From: an uncultured Planctomycetales bacterium
Lineage (GTDB): Bacteria; Omnitrophota; Gorgyraeia; Gygaellales; Profunditerraquicolaceae
DNA length: 64,000 nucleotides
NCBI GenBank assembly: GCA_964427405.1
Contig: CAYRUB010000002.1
Location: 4,741 to 68,740 of the forward strand
Reading direction: 5' to 3'
The notes below the pieces were generated by a model. That model saw only the letters and a program-made list of their open reading frames with translations, had not been told where the DNA came from and did no database searches. Below, piece by piece: positions 39,477 through 49,444 of this stretch. The position numbers and the translations under genes were made by a program. The stretch's first letter is position 1. Each line of letters starts with the position of its first letter.

Positions 39477-40283
39477 ATGACCCTTCAGCATAAGCTTGCT
39501 TGCCTTAAGAGTAAAATCTGCGGGTATAAGTCGTGTGTAATTGCTTTTTCCGGAGGCCAGGATAGTGCGCTTTTACTTAAAGTTTGTTCACTTGTTTTGC
39601 CAAAAACAAATATTCTGGCGGTAACTGCGGTTTCTGCCACCTATCCTGAGGATGAGCTGGCTAAGGCAAGGATATTGGCAAAAGATATAGGCGTAAAGCT
39701 TAAGGTAATTAAAACCGCGGAATTATATAATAAGAAGTTTACAGCTAATTCCATTCAGCGTTGCTATTTTTGTAAAAAAGAATTATTTTCAAAGTTAATC
39801 GCCATTGCAAAGAGAAACAAATTAGACTTTGTTTTGGATGCCAGTAATATTTCGGATAAAAAAGATTATCGGCCGGGGAATATCGCTAAACAAGAGCTAA
39901 AAATAAAATCTCCTTTACTGGAGGCCAGTTTTAGTAAAGAAGATATCCGTAAATTAAGTAAGTCGTTAGGTTTGTCTAGTTGGGATAAGCCATCTTTGGC
40001 CTGTCTTGCTTCACGCGTGCCTTATGGCACGAAGATTACTGCCGGTCTGCTCAGGCGCATTGATCAGGCAGAGGCCTATTTAATTAGTTTGGGGTTTAGG
40101 CAGGTCAGGTTGCGTCACTATGACGGGCTTTGCCGGATTGAGGTAGAGAAGAAATATATCCGCCGACTCTTGCGTAATCGCCAGGCAATAGTTGAGAAGC
40201 TAAAAAATTTAGGTTATAATTATATCACTTTAGATTTAGAGGGGTATCGAACGGGAAGTTTAAATGAGGCAATTAAGAAATGA
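39477..40283 (+). CDS. PP-loop ATP pyrophosphatase, LarE-like
   Basis: SGGQDS PP-loop, about 270 aa, and a conserved Cys (CLAS). Confidence 0.6.
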   Translation: MTLQHKLACLKSKICGYKSCVIAFSGGQDSALLLKVCSLVLPKTNILAVTAVSATYPEDELAKARILAKDIGVKLKVIKTAELYNKKFTANSIQRCYFCKKELFSKLIAIAKRNKLDFVLDASNISDKKDYRPGNIAKQELKIKSPLLEASFSKEDIRKLSKSLGLSSWDKPSLACLASRVPYGTKITAGLLRRIDQAEAYLISLGFRQVRLRHYDGLCRIEVEKKYIRRLLRNRQAIVEKLKNLGYNYITLDLEGYRTGSLNEAIKK

Positions 40284-41443
40284 AAAAAGTATATTTTGAT
40301 TATGCCGCAACCACGCCAACTGACCCGGAAGTTTTAGCCGCGATGGAGCCGTATTTCTTTGAGAAGTCCGGCAATGCCTCAAGCCTGCATGCTTATGGGC
40401 AGGAGGCTAAGAAAGCGGTTGAGGACAGCCGGGAAATACTCGCTGAGTTTATCGGCGCTAGATCCGAAGAGATTGTTTTTACTTCCGGCGGGACAGAGTC
40501 AGATAATTATGCGCTTTTAGGTTCTGCTTATGCGTTGGAGAAAAAAGGCAACCATATTATCACTTGCGCTATTGAACATCATGCCATTATTGAACCGCTT
40601 AAATTTCTGGAAAAGAAAGGTTTTAAAGTTACCTATCTTAAGGTGGATAAAGATGGCCTGGTTTCTCCGCAAGACCTAAGGGAGGCGATTACTGAGAAGA
40701 CTATCCTGGTTAGTATAATGCAGGCCAATAATGAGATAGGCACGCTTGAGCCTATCGCAGAGCTGGGTAAAATTGTTAGAGAAAAAGGAATTTATTTTCA
40801 TACCGACGCAGTGCAGACTATTGGGCATATCCCGGTGAATGTTGATGAGCTAAATGTAGATCTTTTGTCGCTTTCCGGCCATAAGTTTTATGGGCCAAAA
40901 GGCGTGGGTGCTTTATATATCCGGAAAGGTAGCCGCCTGGAAACATTTATGCGCGGAGGAGACCAGGAAAGAGGCAGGCGCGGTTCGACTTATAATACTA
41001 CCGGGATAGTTGGATTAGGCAAGGCAATTGAGCTTTGCCAAAAGAACATGAAGAATGAAATTAAATTTCAGAGTGCCTTGCGGGATAAATTAATCAAGGA
41101 GATCCCCGTTCGCATCCCGGAAGTAAGGCTTAATGGCCATCCTGAGAAGCGGCTGCCGAATAATGTCAATTTTTCCATCAAATATATCGAGGGGGAATCC
41201 ATGCTTTTAAATTTGGATTTGCTTGGTATTGCCTGTTCTACGGGTTCAGCCTGTACCTCAAGTTCTTTAGAACCTTCGCATGTTTTGTTAGCTATCGGTT
41301 TAGACCATGAGACTGCCCATGGTTCACTTAGGATTACTCTTGGCCGCTGGACCAAGGAAAGCGACGTTGACTATTTTCTGGAAAAGCTACCTCCGATTGT
41401 GCAAAAGTTACGCGCTATGAGCCCGCTTTATGAAGAAAAATAA
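40280..41443 (+). CDS. iscS: cysteine desulfurase (IscS/NifS)
   Basis: PLP-Lys region SGHKFYGPKG and an SxxSAC active Cys (GSACTSSS). Confidence 0.85.
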   Translation: MKKVYFDYAATTPTDPEVLAAMEPYFFEKSGNASSLHAYGQEAKKAVEDSREILAEFIGARSEEIVFTSGGTESDNYALLGSAYALEKKGNHIITCAIEHHAIIEPLKFLEKKGFKVTYLKVDKDGLVSPQDLREAITEKTILVSIMQANNEIGTLEPIAELGKIVREKGIYFHTDAVQTIGHIPVNVDELNVDLLSLSGHKFYGPKGVGALYIRKGSRLETFMRGGDQERGRRGSTYNTTGIVGLGKAIELCQKNMKNEIKFQSALRDKLIKEIPVRIPEVRLNGHPEKRLPNNVNFSIKYIEGESMLLNLDLLGIACSTGSACTSSSLEPSHVLLAIGLDHETAHGSLRITLGRWTKESDVDYFLEKLPPIVQKLRAMSPLYEEK

Positions 41444-42491
41444 CCTTCCCAAACTCGGCAAAGTCCATCCGGATTTTTTTAATCAACATATATATCATAA
41501 ATTAGGCGCACCTGACGCATCCGTCTTGATCAAGCCGCAAAACGGCGTTGATTTTGGCGTGGTAGAGCTGGGCGCTCAGGTGATGGTCCTGTCCACAGAC
41601 CCGTTTTTTATCGCCAAAGAATTAGGCATAGAAAAAGCTGTCTGGTTTGCCGTGCATATTATTGCTAGTGATGTTGCCGTAAGCGGTATCCCGCCGAAGT
41701 ATTTGGCGATTGACCTTAATCTCCCTCCGCAGATTAGCGAGGATGAATTAATAAGATTATGGGATGCCGTGCATAAGGAATGTAAGAAATTAAGCATTAG
41801 CGTGGTCACCGGACATACCGCGCGTTATGCCGGTTGCAACTATCCTATGGTAGGCGGAGCAACCATGCTTGGATTGGGCAGGAGAAAAGAGCTTATTAAT
41901 CCGCATGCTAAAGCAGGGGATGAGATTATTATTACTAAGGGCCCGGCCATTGAAACTACTGGTTTATTGTCCGCTTACTTTCCAGAATTTATCCAAGCTA
42001 AATATGGCGCTTCTTTCCTGAAACGCGCTCAAAATGTTTTCTATCAGATGTCTACGGTAAAAGATGCTTCTATCGCTGCATCTATCGGCGGATTGACAAC
42101 TATGCATGATGCTACGGAGTGCGGGGTTTGGGGCGGACTCTTTGAGATTGCCCAGCATAGCCGGGTGGGTATGTGTATTGATTTGGATAAAATAATCCTT
42201 CAAGAAGAAGTGAGCTTGGTTTGTTCCTGTTTTGGCATTGACCCCTATAAGTCTATCAGTGAAGGTACATTATTGGCTACGGCTAATAAAAATAAAGCCA
42301 AATTAATTGTATCTGCTTTGGAAAGATCCGGAATTCCCGCCAGTATTGTTGGCCAGGTAACTGAGCAAAGTAAAGGTATGCGTGTTTTTAGCGGAAATAA
42401 AAGTTATGAGCTTAAGCATCCCAGGGTTGATCCGTTCTGGGGTAAATTCGAGGAGTATCTTAAGAAAAAGAATGAAAGAAAGAATACTTGA
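41430..42491 (+). CDS. AIR-synthase-related (PurM-like) ATP-dependent enzyme (HypE/SelD/ThiL superfamily)
   Basis: PurM N- and C-domain composition (DxG..GG-rich). Subfamily unassigned. Confidence 0.55.
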   Translation: MKKNNLPKLGKVHPDFFNQHIYHKLGAPDASVLIKPQNGVDFGVVELGAQVMVLSTDPFFIAKELGIEKAVWFAVHIIASDVAVSGIPPKYLAIDLNLPPQISEDELIRLWDAVHKECKKLSISVVTGHTARYAGCNYPMVGGATMLGLGRRKELINPHAKAGDEIIITKGPAIETTGLLSAYFPEFIQAKYGASFLKRAQNVFYQMSTVKDASIAASIGGLTTMHDATECGVWGGLFEIAQHSRVGMCIDLDKIILQEEVSLVCSCFGIDPYKSISEGTLLATANKNKAKLIVSALERSGIPASIVGQVTEQSKGMRVFSGNKSYELKHPRVDPFWGKFEEYLKKKNERKNT

Positions 42492-43428
42492 TTATCTTAA
42501 AAAGGAGCATGAATATCTTTCAGGCGATGAAATAGCCGGCCATCTGGGAATCAGCCGGCAGGGCCTGTGGAAGCATATTCAGGATTTGAAAGATTCAGGT
42601 TATGATATTGTAGCAGTGCCGCATTTAGGTTATCGGCTTGAATCAAGCCCTGATCGGCTTTTTGCTTTAGAGATAACTCATGGCCTTAATACGAAGTTTA
42701 TTGCTAAGAAAATACACTATTTCGATTATCTGTCTTCAACCATGGATCTGGCGATGCAATTGGGAATACAGGCAGCGCCCAATGGAACACTTGTATTAGC
42801 CGAATCTCAGACTAAGGGCCGTGGAAGATTGGGTAGAAGTTGGTTTTCTCCTAAATACAAAGGTATCTATCTGTCTTTAATCTTAAGGCCGAAGATCTCG
42901 CCATCCGCTTCTCCTATGTTAACGCTTTTAAGTGCAGTGAGTATTTGTGAAGCGGTAAAAAAAGTCGTTGGATTGGACGCGCAGATCAAATGGCCGAATG
43001 ACGTGTTTATCTGCAACAAGAAAATTTCCGGTATCCTGACTGAAATGAACGCTGAGGTGGATAAGGTTAATTTTGTGGTTATTGGTATTGGTTTAAACGT
43101 CAACAATGATAAAAAATCCTTAATTGCTCAGGCTACTTCTTTGAAAGAACAGGCCGGCCAGTCGGTAAGCCGCATTCTCCTGTTGCAGGAACTTTTGCGC
43201 AGGATAGAAAACAATTATTCTCTTCTTGAGGACAAGGGGGCTCAGGCAATAATTGATAAATGGCGAAGTTTTAGCCTTACTCTGGGCAGGCGCGTCAAAG
43301 TATATTGTCAGGATAAACACATTGAAGGGGCGGCCGTAGATATTGATCAGGACGGAGCCTTGCTTATCCGTAAAGATTCAGGGCTGATGCAGAAAGTTTT
43401 TTCCGGTGATGTTATGCACTGCCGCTAA
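42472..43428 (+). CDS. birA: bifunctional biotin-protein ligase / bio-operon repressor BirA (class II, N-terminal HTH)
   Basis: HTH followed by a KGRGRLGRSW ligase motif. The ATG at 42472 is preferred over the ORF-track start at 42382. Confidence 0.8.
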   Translation: MKERILDYLKKEHEYLSGDEIAGHLGISRQGLWKHIQDLKDSGYDIVAVPHLGYRLESSPDRLFALEITHGLNTKFIAKKIHYFDYLSSTMDLAMQLGIQAAPNGTLVLAESQTKGRGRLGRSWFSPKYKGIYLSLILRPKISPSASPMLTLLSAVSICEAVKKVVGLDAQIKWPNDVFICNKKISGILTEMNAEVDKVNFVVIGIGLNVNNDKKSLIAQATSLKEQAGQSVSRILLLQELLRRIENNYSLLEDKGAQAIIDKWRSFSLTLGRRVKVYCQDKHIEGAAVDIDQDGALLIRKDSGLMQKVFSGDVMHCR

Positions 43429-43453
43429 CTGTAAACCATAAATATATTATTGG

Positions 43454-43482
43454 TTGACAATTAATCCGCACAACTTATAATA
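43454..43482 (+). promoter_or_regulatory. consensus sigma70 promoter (TTGACA, 17 nt, TATAAT)
   Basis: Perfect hexamers upstream of the outer-membrane receptor gene. Confidence 0.55.
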
Positions 43483-43487
43483 GTTTC

Positions 43488-45281
43488 ATGTTAAAAATAA
43501 GACTGTGCGGATTTTTTATCATCGCTTTTCTTATTCTTCCGAAAATATCATTTTCCTCTGAAGAAAAATCTCAATATTTGGAGCCAATAGTTGTCAGCAA
43601 GCAAAAGCAGTTTCTTCTAAATATCTATTCTACGGGACTTGCTAAAGACCAGGCTTTTAATTATCAATCCAGTTTAGAGAATTTAAGTAATTTGCCGGTA
43701 GACTTACAGAGCCGTACTTTAGAAAGCGGCATACAGACGGATTTCTCGCTGCGCGGCTCAACCTTCCAGCAGGTTTTGATTTTGCTCAACGGCCAGCGGA
43801 TTAATGATCCACAGACCGCACATCATAATTCGGATATCCCTTTTACTAAAGAAGATATTAAGAAGATAGAAGTGATCCCCGGGGTAAGTTCTTCTTTATT
43901 CGGGCCGGATGCCATCGGCGGAGCTATAAATTTTACCTTGGCTGCCCCCAGGGAAAGGAAGATTGCCTGGGAATTTGCCGTAGGCAATAACCGTAATGGC
44001 TACGGATTATTCAGCATGAGTGATAAAATTAAAAGTTTGGGTTTCAGGTTTTCCATTGAAGATGCCCAGTCTAAAGGTTTCCGCTATGATACAGATTATA
44101 AGAAATTCACCACTTCTTTAGGGGCGTATTTAGATTTACCGGATACCGGGGTTTGGGAAAATAACTTTGGTTATCAGGAAAAGGCGTTTGGGGCCTACGA
44201 TTTTTATTCTCCGGGTCTGGGTAAGCCTTCTTATGAACAGACTAAGACTTATTTATTTGACAGCAGCCTTGTTTTAAATAAGGATGATTTGCTGATCAAA
44301 CCGAATTTTATCTGGCGCCGGCATTTTGATAAATTTGCCTATATCCGGACAATTGATAGCTATAACCATCATCATACGGATATGTTTATTCCCGGAATTT
44401 ATTTTCAAAAAGAAGCCGGATTATTGGGCAAGGTTGGTTTAGGGTTGGAGTATGGAGGAGAGAGGATTATTTCCTCGAGTATGGGCAAGCATACGCGTGA
44501 TCATAGAAGTATATTCCTGGATAATAGCGTAAGTGTCGGCTCAAACTGGGATCTGGGTTTTTCTTTCCGCGTGGATGATTTCTCCGATTTTAATCTAGAG
44601 TACACCGGTTCCCTGAGCGCTAAGTTTAAGCTTACGGATGCAGTAGCCTTTAATTTCGGTATTTCCAGGAATATCCGCGTTCCATCGTTTACCGAGCTCT
44701 ATTATAGTGATCCGACGACAATAGGTAATCCCGATTTAGTTGCTGAAAAAGCCTGGAGTTACCAGGCGGGTTTTGAGTATAAAGAAGAAGGTTTCTGCTC
44801 GGGGATGGCTATATTTTTACGCCAAGAAAAGGAGATGATTGATTGGGTAAAATCTGATTCCACTCAGCCATACTGGCAGGCAAGAAACTTTACGCGTGAC
44901 AATGTGTTTGGGGTTGAATATTCCTTGCGTAAAAAGATTAATAGGGTTTTGAGTTTGGATGCTAACTATACTTACACTGATAAAAGCATAGATAATCAAG
45001 GTTATCTTTATAAATATGGCCCAAATTATGCCCAACATTTAATTAATACTGTATTTAATCTGCAATTACCTTTTGGCCAACAGGAGATAGGGTTTAATTA
45101 TAAGAAGAGGCCTGGCCGCCGGGGATGGTTATTGATGAATTCCGGGTTTAACTATAATTTAAACCGTTTCGCCAAGATTTTTTTGCACGCGGAGAATATT
45201 TTGAACGTGGAGTATCAGGATATCGAGGGGATCCCCCAGCCCGGCAGGTATATTGAGGCAGGCATAAGGCTTCAGTGGTGA
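43488..45281 (+). CDS. TonB-dependent-receptor-like outer-membrane beta-barrel (plug + barrel, short at 597 aa)
   Basis: Signal peptide, a plug-like LNGQRINDPQ, and a C-terminal aromatic residue (LQW). Confidence 0.7.
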   Translation: MLKIRLCGFFIIAFLILPKISFSSEEKSQYLEPIVVSKQKQFLLNIYSTGLAKDQAFNYQSSLENLSNLPVDLQSRTLESGIQTDFSLRGSTFQQVLILLNGQRINDPQTAHHNSDIPFTKEDIKKIEVIPGVSSSLFGPDAIGGAINFTLAAPRERKIAWEFAVGNNRNGYGLFSMSDKIKSLGFRFSIEDAQSKGFRYDTDYKKFTTSLGAYLDLPDTGVWENNFGYQEKAFGAYDFYSPGLGKPSYEQTKTYLFDSSLVLNKDDLLIKPNFIWRRHFDKFAYIRTIDSYNHHHTDMFIPGIYFQKEAGLLGKVGLGLEYGGERIISSSMGKHTRDHRSIFLDNSVSVGSNWDLGFSFRVDDFSDFNLEYTGSLSAKFKLTDAVAFNFGISRNIRVPSFTELYYSDPTTIGNPDLVAEKAWSYQAGFEYKEEGFCSGMAIFLRQEKEMIDWVKSDSTQPYWQARNFTRDNVFGVEYSLRKKINRVLSLDANYTYTDKSIDNQGYLYKYGPNYAQHLINTVFNLQLPFGQQEIGFNYKKRPGRRGWLLMNSGFNYNLNRFAKIFLHAENILNVEYQDIEGIPQPGRYIEAGIRLQW

Positions 45282-45346
45282 TAGTATTTGTTTTAAGCAA
45301 ACAATAGTGTATAATAATTTAATTTATAACTACAAAAAAGGACTTT

Positions 45347-45637
45347 ATGTTTATCCACGTTGTTTTGTTTGAAATAAATCCGAAAGAGGTAGCTAAATAC
45401 CGTAAGGATAGCCTGATGTGGGCAACCCATACCAAGAAAGCCAGAGGTTTTCTGGGGTATCAGACTATGAAACGCTATGGGTTTAAAAATCAATATGCTT
45501 CGGTATACCAATGGTTAAAAAAGACTGATCATGATCGTTTTATGAATAAATACCATGATTGGCTGGTAGGTAAATCTAAGGCCAAAGTTAAGGTTCTGGG
45601 TTATTATAACCTTAAAGGGATAGATAGTTTGAAATAA
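45347..45637 (+). CDS. small protein, possibly ABM/Dabb-like
   Basis: Weak resemblance to an ABM fold (IHVVLFEINP). Confidence 0.35.
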   Translation: MFIHVVLFEINPKEVAKYRKDSLMWATHTKKARGFLGYQTMKRYGFKNQYASVYQWLKKTDHDRFMNKYHDWLVGKSKAKVKVLGYYNLKGIDSLK

Positions 45638-45646
45638 AAAGCCTAT

Positions 45647-45675
45647 TGACAAGCCGGAAGTTTTATATATAATTT
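45647..45675 (+). promoter_or_regulatory. promoter TTGACA, 17 nt, ATAATT for csp
   Basis: Defines an ~115-nt 5' UTR. Confidence 0.45.
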
Positions 45676-45705
45676 GTTCTATAGTAGATAAAGGTAGGAA
45701 TCTTT

Positions 45706-45750
45706 AGCCGTAAGGAGAGAGAAAACAGGCCTTACGGGTTTTTTATTTTT
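45706..45750 (+). promoter_or_regulatory. terminator-like hairpin plus U-tract inside the csp 5' UTR (candidate attenuator)
   Basis: CCGTAAGG ... CCTTACGG followed by TTTTTTATTTTT, then the SD GGAGGAAG and ATG at 45797. Confidence 0.5.
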
Positions 45751-45796
45751 GCCTCTTAAGCTACTATAATTTTGTGGAAAGGAGGAAGCAAAGAAA

Positions 45797-45997
45797 ATGG
45801 CAAAAGGAAAAGTAAAGTGGTTTTCCAATCAAAAAGGCTATGGGTTTATTACTCCTGAGAATGGTGTTGATGTATTCGTACATCATACCGCGATTCAGGG
45901 TGATGGCTATAAGACTTTAGAGGAGGGCCAGGAGGTTGAGTTTGAGGTCGAAAAAGGTCCTAAGGGTGAACAAGCTACTAAAGTAGTGAAGTTATAA
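45797..45997 (+). CDS. cold-shock protein (CspA family)
   Basis: KGYGFI RNP1 and VFVHH RNP2 motifs. Confidence 0.9.
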   Translation: MAKGKVKWFSNQKGYGFITPENGVDVFVHHTAIQGDGYKTLEEGQEVEFEVEKGPKGEQATKVVKL

Positions 45998-46017
45998 CCT
46001 ATCAGGAATAAAGAAAA

Positions 46018-46046
46018 GGCCCGGCACAAAATGCTGGGCCTTTTTT
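46018..46046 (+). terminator. rho-independent terminator
   Basis: GGCCCGGCA ... TGCTGGGCC followed by TTTTTT. Confidence 0.7.
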
Positions 46047-46094
46047 GTTAAAATTTAAAGCCATAGTAGTATAAAATGAAACCGGGCAAATTAT

Positions 46095-47162
46095 ATGAAT
46101 AAGCGGGTATTCGTGGCGATGAGCGGCGGGGTGGATTCTTCGGTGGCTGCTGCCCTTTTAAAGGAGCAGGGCTATGAGGTAATCGGCCTGACTATGTGTT
46201 TTAATCTGGCAGAAAGCAGCGGCAAGAAGCCAAGCTGTTGCGGATTAGTTGGGATTGAAGATGCCCGGCGGGTAGCACAGAAGTTAGGGATCCGGCATTA
46301 TATCGTAAATTTAGATAAAGATTTCTCCCGTAAGGTAATCCAAAATTTCTGCCAGGAATATATTTCCGGCAGGACTCCTAATCCTTGCGTAAGGTGTAAT
46401 CAGTTCATAAAATTCGGTATTTTATTTAAGAAAGCAATTGGCTTGGGGGCGCAATTTTTGGCTACCGGCCATTACGCCAGGATTGTAAAATCAAGACAAG
46501 GATACTTACTTAAGAAAGCCAGAGACCTTAAAAAAGATCAATCTTATTTTTTATATCGTTTAAATCAAGGGCAGCTTAAACAAATTATTTTTCCTTTAGG
46601 CAATTATACCAAGACCCAGGTAAGGGGTATGGCTTGTGATTTTAAGCTCAATGTAGCAGAAAAACAGGATAGCCAGGAGATTTGTTTCTTACCTGATGGA
46701 GAGTATGGGGATTTGATTAACGCCAAGGGTTCAAATCGCGTTAGGCCGGGATACCTGGTTGATAAAAATGGAACTATTCTCGGCAAACATAAAGGTATTC
46801 CATTTTATACCATAGGCCAGCGTCAGGGGTTGGGTATTGCCAAGGGGTATCCTTTGTATGTAACACAGATTAACGCCAAGAATAATCAGGTTACCGTGGG
46901 CACCCGCGATGATGCATGCAAAAAAGAATTCTTGGCCAAAGACGTACATCTTTTAGGCAGGCCTTTTAAAAAGAAGGTTGAGATAAATGTAAAGATACGC
47001 TATAATCATAAAGAATCGCTTGCCGTGGTTTATCCGGTTAAGGGCGGTTTGAAAATTTGTTTTAAACAGCCTCAGTTTGCCATAACTCCCGGACAATCTG
47101 CAGTCTTTTATAAAGGTAGCACTGTTTTAGGCGGAGGCATAATCGAGAAAGTGCTGGATTAA
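46095..47162 (+). CDS. mnmA: tRNA-specific 2-thiouridylase
   Basis: SGGVDSSVAA PP-loop and NPCVRCN. Confidence 0.9.
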   Translation: MNKRVFVAMSGGVDSSVAAALLKEQGYEVIGLTMCFNLAESSGKKPSCCGLVGIEDARRVAQKLGIRHYIVNLDKDFSRKVIQNFCQEYISGRTPNPCVRCNQFIKFGILFKKAIGLGAQFLATGHYARIVKSRQGYLLKKARDLKKDQSYFLYRLNQGQLKQIIFPLGNYTKTQVRGMACDFKLNVAEKQDSQEICFLPDGEYGDLINAKGSNRVRPGYLVDKNGTILGKHKGIPFYTIGQRQGLGIAKGYPLYVTQINAKNNQVTVGTRDDACKKEFLAKDVHLLGRPFKKKVEINVKIRYNHKESLAVVYPVKGGLKICFKQPQFAITPGQSAVFYKGSTVLGGGIIEKVLD

Positions 47163-47163
47163 G

Positions 47164-48081
47164 ATGATTAAAGAAGATAAAGAATTAGTTAGAAAGATCA
47201 AGGAGTTAAAAAAGAAACGCAATGCTATAATCCTGGCGCATAACTATCAGCTTCCTGAAGTGCAGGATATCGCGGATTTCCGCGGAGATTCCCTGGAGCT
47301 TTCGCGTATAGCTGCTAAGACCGATGCCGAGGTAATTGTATTTTGCGGGGTGTATTTTATGGCTGAGACCGCCTCTATTCTTTCTCCCGACAAGAAAGTA
47401 ATTATGCCGGATACATCCGCGGGTTGCCCCATGGCCAATATGATGAATGCTGATGATTTAAGAAAACTTAAGCAAGAGCACCCTCAGGCAGTAGCCGTGG
47501 GCTATGTGAATACTTCAGCTGAAGTTAAAGCGGAATTGGATTATTGCTGCACGTCAACTAATGCCATAGCCGTAGTCAATGCGCTTAAAGATAAAAAGGA
47601 AATTATATTTATACCGGATAAATACCTGGCCGACTATGTGTCTAAGAAAACCGGAAGGAAGCTTATCATCTGGCATGGTTTTTGCCCTACGCATGCGAAG
47701 ATACTTCCTGAGGATTTAAAAAAAGAGCAGAAATTCCATCCTAAGGCGAAGGTTATGGTACATCCGGAGTGTTTATCCAGCGTAGTGGCTTTAGCGGATG
47801 TTGTGCTTTCTACCAGTCAGATGGGTAAATACGCTAAGGAGAACCCGGCTAAAGAATTTATTGTGGGTACGGAGTCCGGGCTGGTTTATCGGCTTAAGCA
47901 GGATAATCCGGATAAAGAGTTTTATCCTGCCAGCGAACGCGCGGTATGCCCGAATATGAAGCGCACCACCCAGGAAAAAGTGCTCTGGGCTTTAGAGGAG
48001 CTTAAGGATGAGGTCAGGGTTTCTGATGAGGTCAGAAAAAAAGCGCGCCTGGCTATAGAACGCATGTTGGCTATTGTTTAG
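47164..48081 (+). CDS. nadA: quinolinate synthase
   Basis: AHNYQ motif and three conserved Cys. Confidence 0.85.
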   Translation: MIKEDKELVRKIKELKKKRNAIILAHNYQLPEVQDIADFRGDSLELSRIAAKTDAEVIVFCGVYFMAETASILSPDKKVIMPDTSAGCPMANMMNADDLRKLKQEHPQAVAVGYVNTSAEVKAELDYCCTSTNAIAVVNALKDKKEIIFIPDKYLADYVSKKTGRKLIIWHGFCPTHAKILPEDLKKEQKFHPKAKVMVHPECLSSVVALADVVLSTSQMGKYAKENPAKEFIVGTESGLVYRLKQDNPDKEFYPASERAVCPNMKRTTQEKVLWALEELKDEVRVSDEVRKKARLAIERMLAIV

Positions 48082-48708
48082 ATGAATATTCCGATCGTCT
48101 ATGAAGATGATTGGTTGTTGGTTGTTAATAAGCCCGCCGGGTTATTAAGTGTACCGACCCCCAAGAAAGAATCGCGTACTTTGACAAGTATTTTAAATCA
48201 GGATGCGGTAGTAAGAGGGTTAAAATACAGCCTGCACCCTTGCCATCGCCTGGACCGGGATACATCCGGGCTTGTAATTTACGCGAAAGGCAAGAGCATT
48301 GAAAAGAAAATGACGGATGCTTTCCGTGACAGGCGGGTAGCAAAGAAGTACATTGCTTTTGTGCATGGTAAATTAGCGCATCCAGAGGGAAGCATTAATC
48401 TTGCAATTGAAGGCAAGAATGCCCTTACGGAATATAAGGTGATTGAGGAAAAAAGCAATTATAGCGTAGTTGAAGTCCATCCGGTTACCGGCAGGACCAA
48501 TCAGATACGTATTCATTTTAAAAGTATTCAACATCCTTTGGTGGGGGAGGATAAATTTGTTTTCCGTAAGGATTTTGCCCTGCGTTTTAAACGCGTTTGT
48601 TTAGAAGCAAAAGAGCTGCAATTCAGGCATCCGGTAACCGGCAAAGATTTAAAATTCAGCATTGATTTAACGCAGGATCTAAAGGATTTCCTATCCGGCC
48701 ATGATTAA
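48082..48708 (+). CDS. RluA-family pseudouridine synthase
   Basis: HRLDRDTSGL catalytic motif. Confidence 0.8.
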   Translation: MNIPIVYEDDWLLVVNKPAGLLSVPTPKKESRTLTSILNQDAVVRGLKYSLHPCHRLDRDTSGLVIYAKGKSIEKKMTDAFRDRRVAKKYIAFVHGKLAHPEGSINLAIEGKNALTEYKVIEEKSNYSVVEVHPVTGRTNQIRIHFKSIQHPLVGEDKFVFRKDFALRFKRVCLEAKELQFRHPVTGKDLKFSIDLTQDLKDFLSGHD

Positions 48709-49444
48709 GTATATATTTTTAGGAATAGTGCAGGGGTTAACTGAATTCTTACCGGTGAGCTCTTCCGGGCATTTAGTTGTTGCGCAGAAAATTTTAGGTA
48801 TTCATAGTAATGAATTAGCGGTATCCGTTGTCCTGCATTTGGGCACACTGCTGGCAATAATCATTTTCTTCCGGAGGGATATTTTAAATCTTCTAAGAAA
48901 CCCAAAGCTTCTTGGTTTAGCATTTGTAGTCGTAATAATCACGGGCATTATTGGCGTGTTAGGCAAGGATTTCTTTGAAAGATTGTTTAGTTCAGTTAAG
49001 GCAGTGGGGGTAGCTTGGATATTTACCGGTTTAATCCTTATTTCTACCAAGAAGTTTATCCGGCTAGATAGGGAGAAACTTGAACTTAAAGATGCGCTTG
49101 TTTTGGGCCTGACGCAAAGCTTAGCTATTGTTCCGGGTATTTCTCGCTCAGGCATAACCATATCTACGTTATTTTCAAGAAAGATTGAACGTAAACTTGC
49201 ATTTACTTTTTCATTCCTTGTTTCTATTCCTGTAATTTTAGGGGCAGCGTTGTTGGAAGCAAGAAAAATAGAGTCAGCGTTTCATGCGGATGTTATCAAT
49301 CTAATGGCGGGTTTTATCTTTAGTTTTCTTACCGGGATATTAGCGCTTGTAATCTTAAAGCGGGTTATCAATAATGGAAAATTTTATTATTTTGGATATT
49401 ACTGTCTTCTTATGGCAGTAGTGACACTACTTTTTATAAGATGA
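48701..49444 (+). CDS. uppP: undecaprenyl-diphosphatase
   Basis: TEFLPVSSSGHL motif. Confidence 0.9.
   Translation: MIKYIFLGIVQGLTEFLPVSSSGHLVVAQKILGIHSNELAVSVVLHLGTLLAIIIFFRRDILNLLRNPKLLGLAFVVVIITGIIGVLGKDFFERLFSSVKAVGVAWIFTGLILISTKKFIRLDREKLELKDALVLGLTQSLAIVPGISRSGITISTLFSRKIERKLAFTFSFLVSIPVILGAALLEARKIESAFHADVINLMAGFIFSFLTGILALVILKRVINNGKFYYFGYYCLLMAVVTLLFIR

Noticed and set aside
42382-42471. Upstream 30-codon extension of birA in the ORF track
   Set aside because: The extension overlaps the preceding gene and does not resemble BirA. The ATG at 42472 gives the conserved HTH N-terminus MKERILDYLKK.
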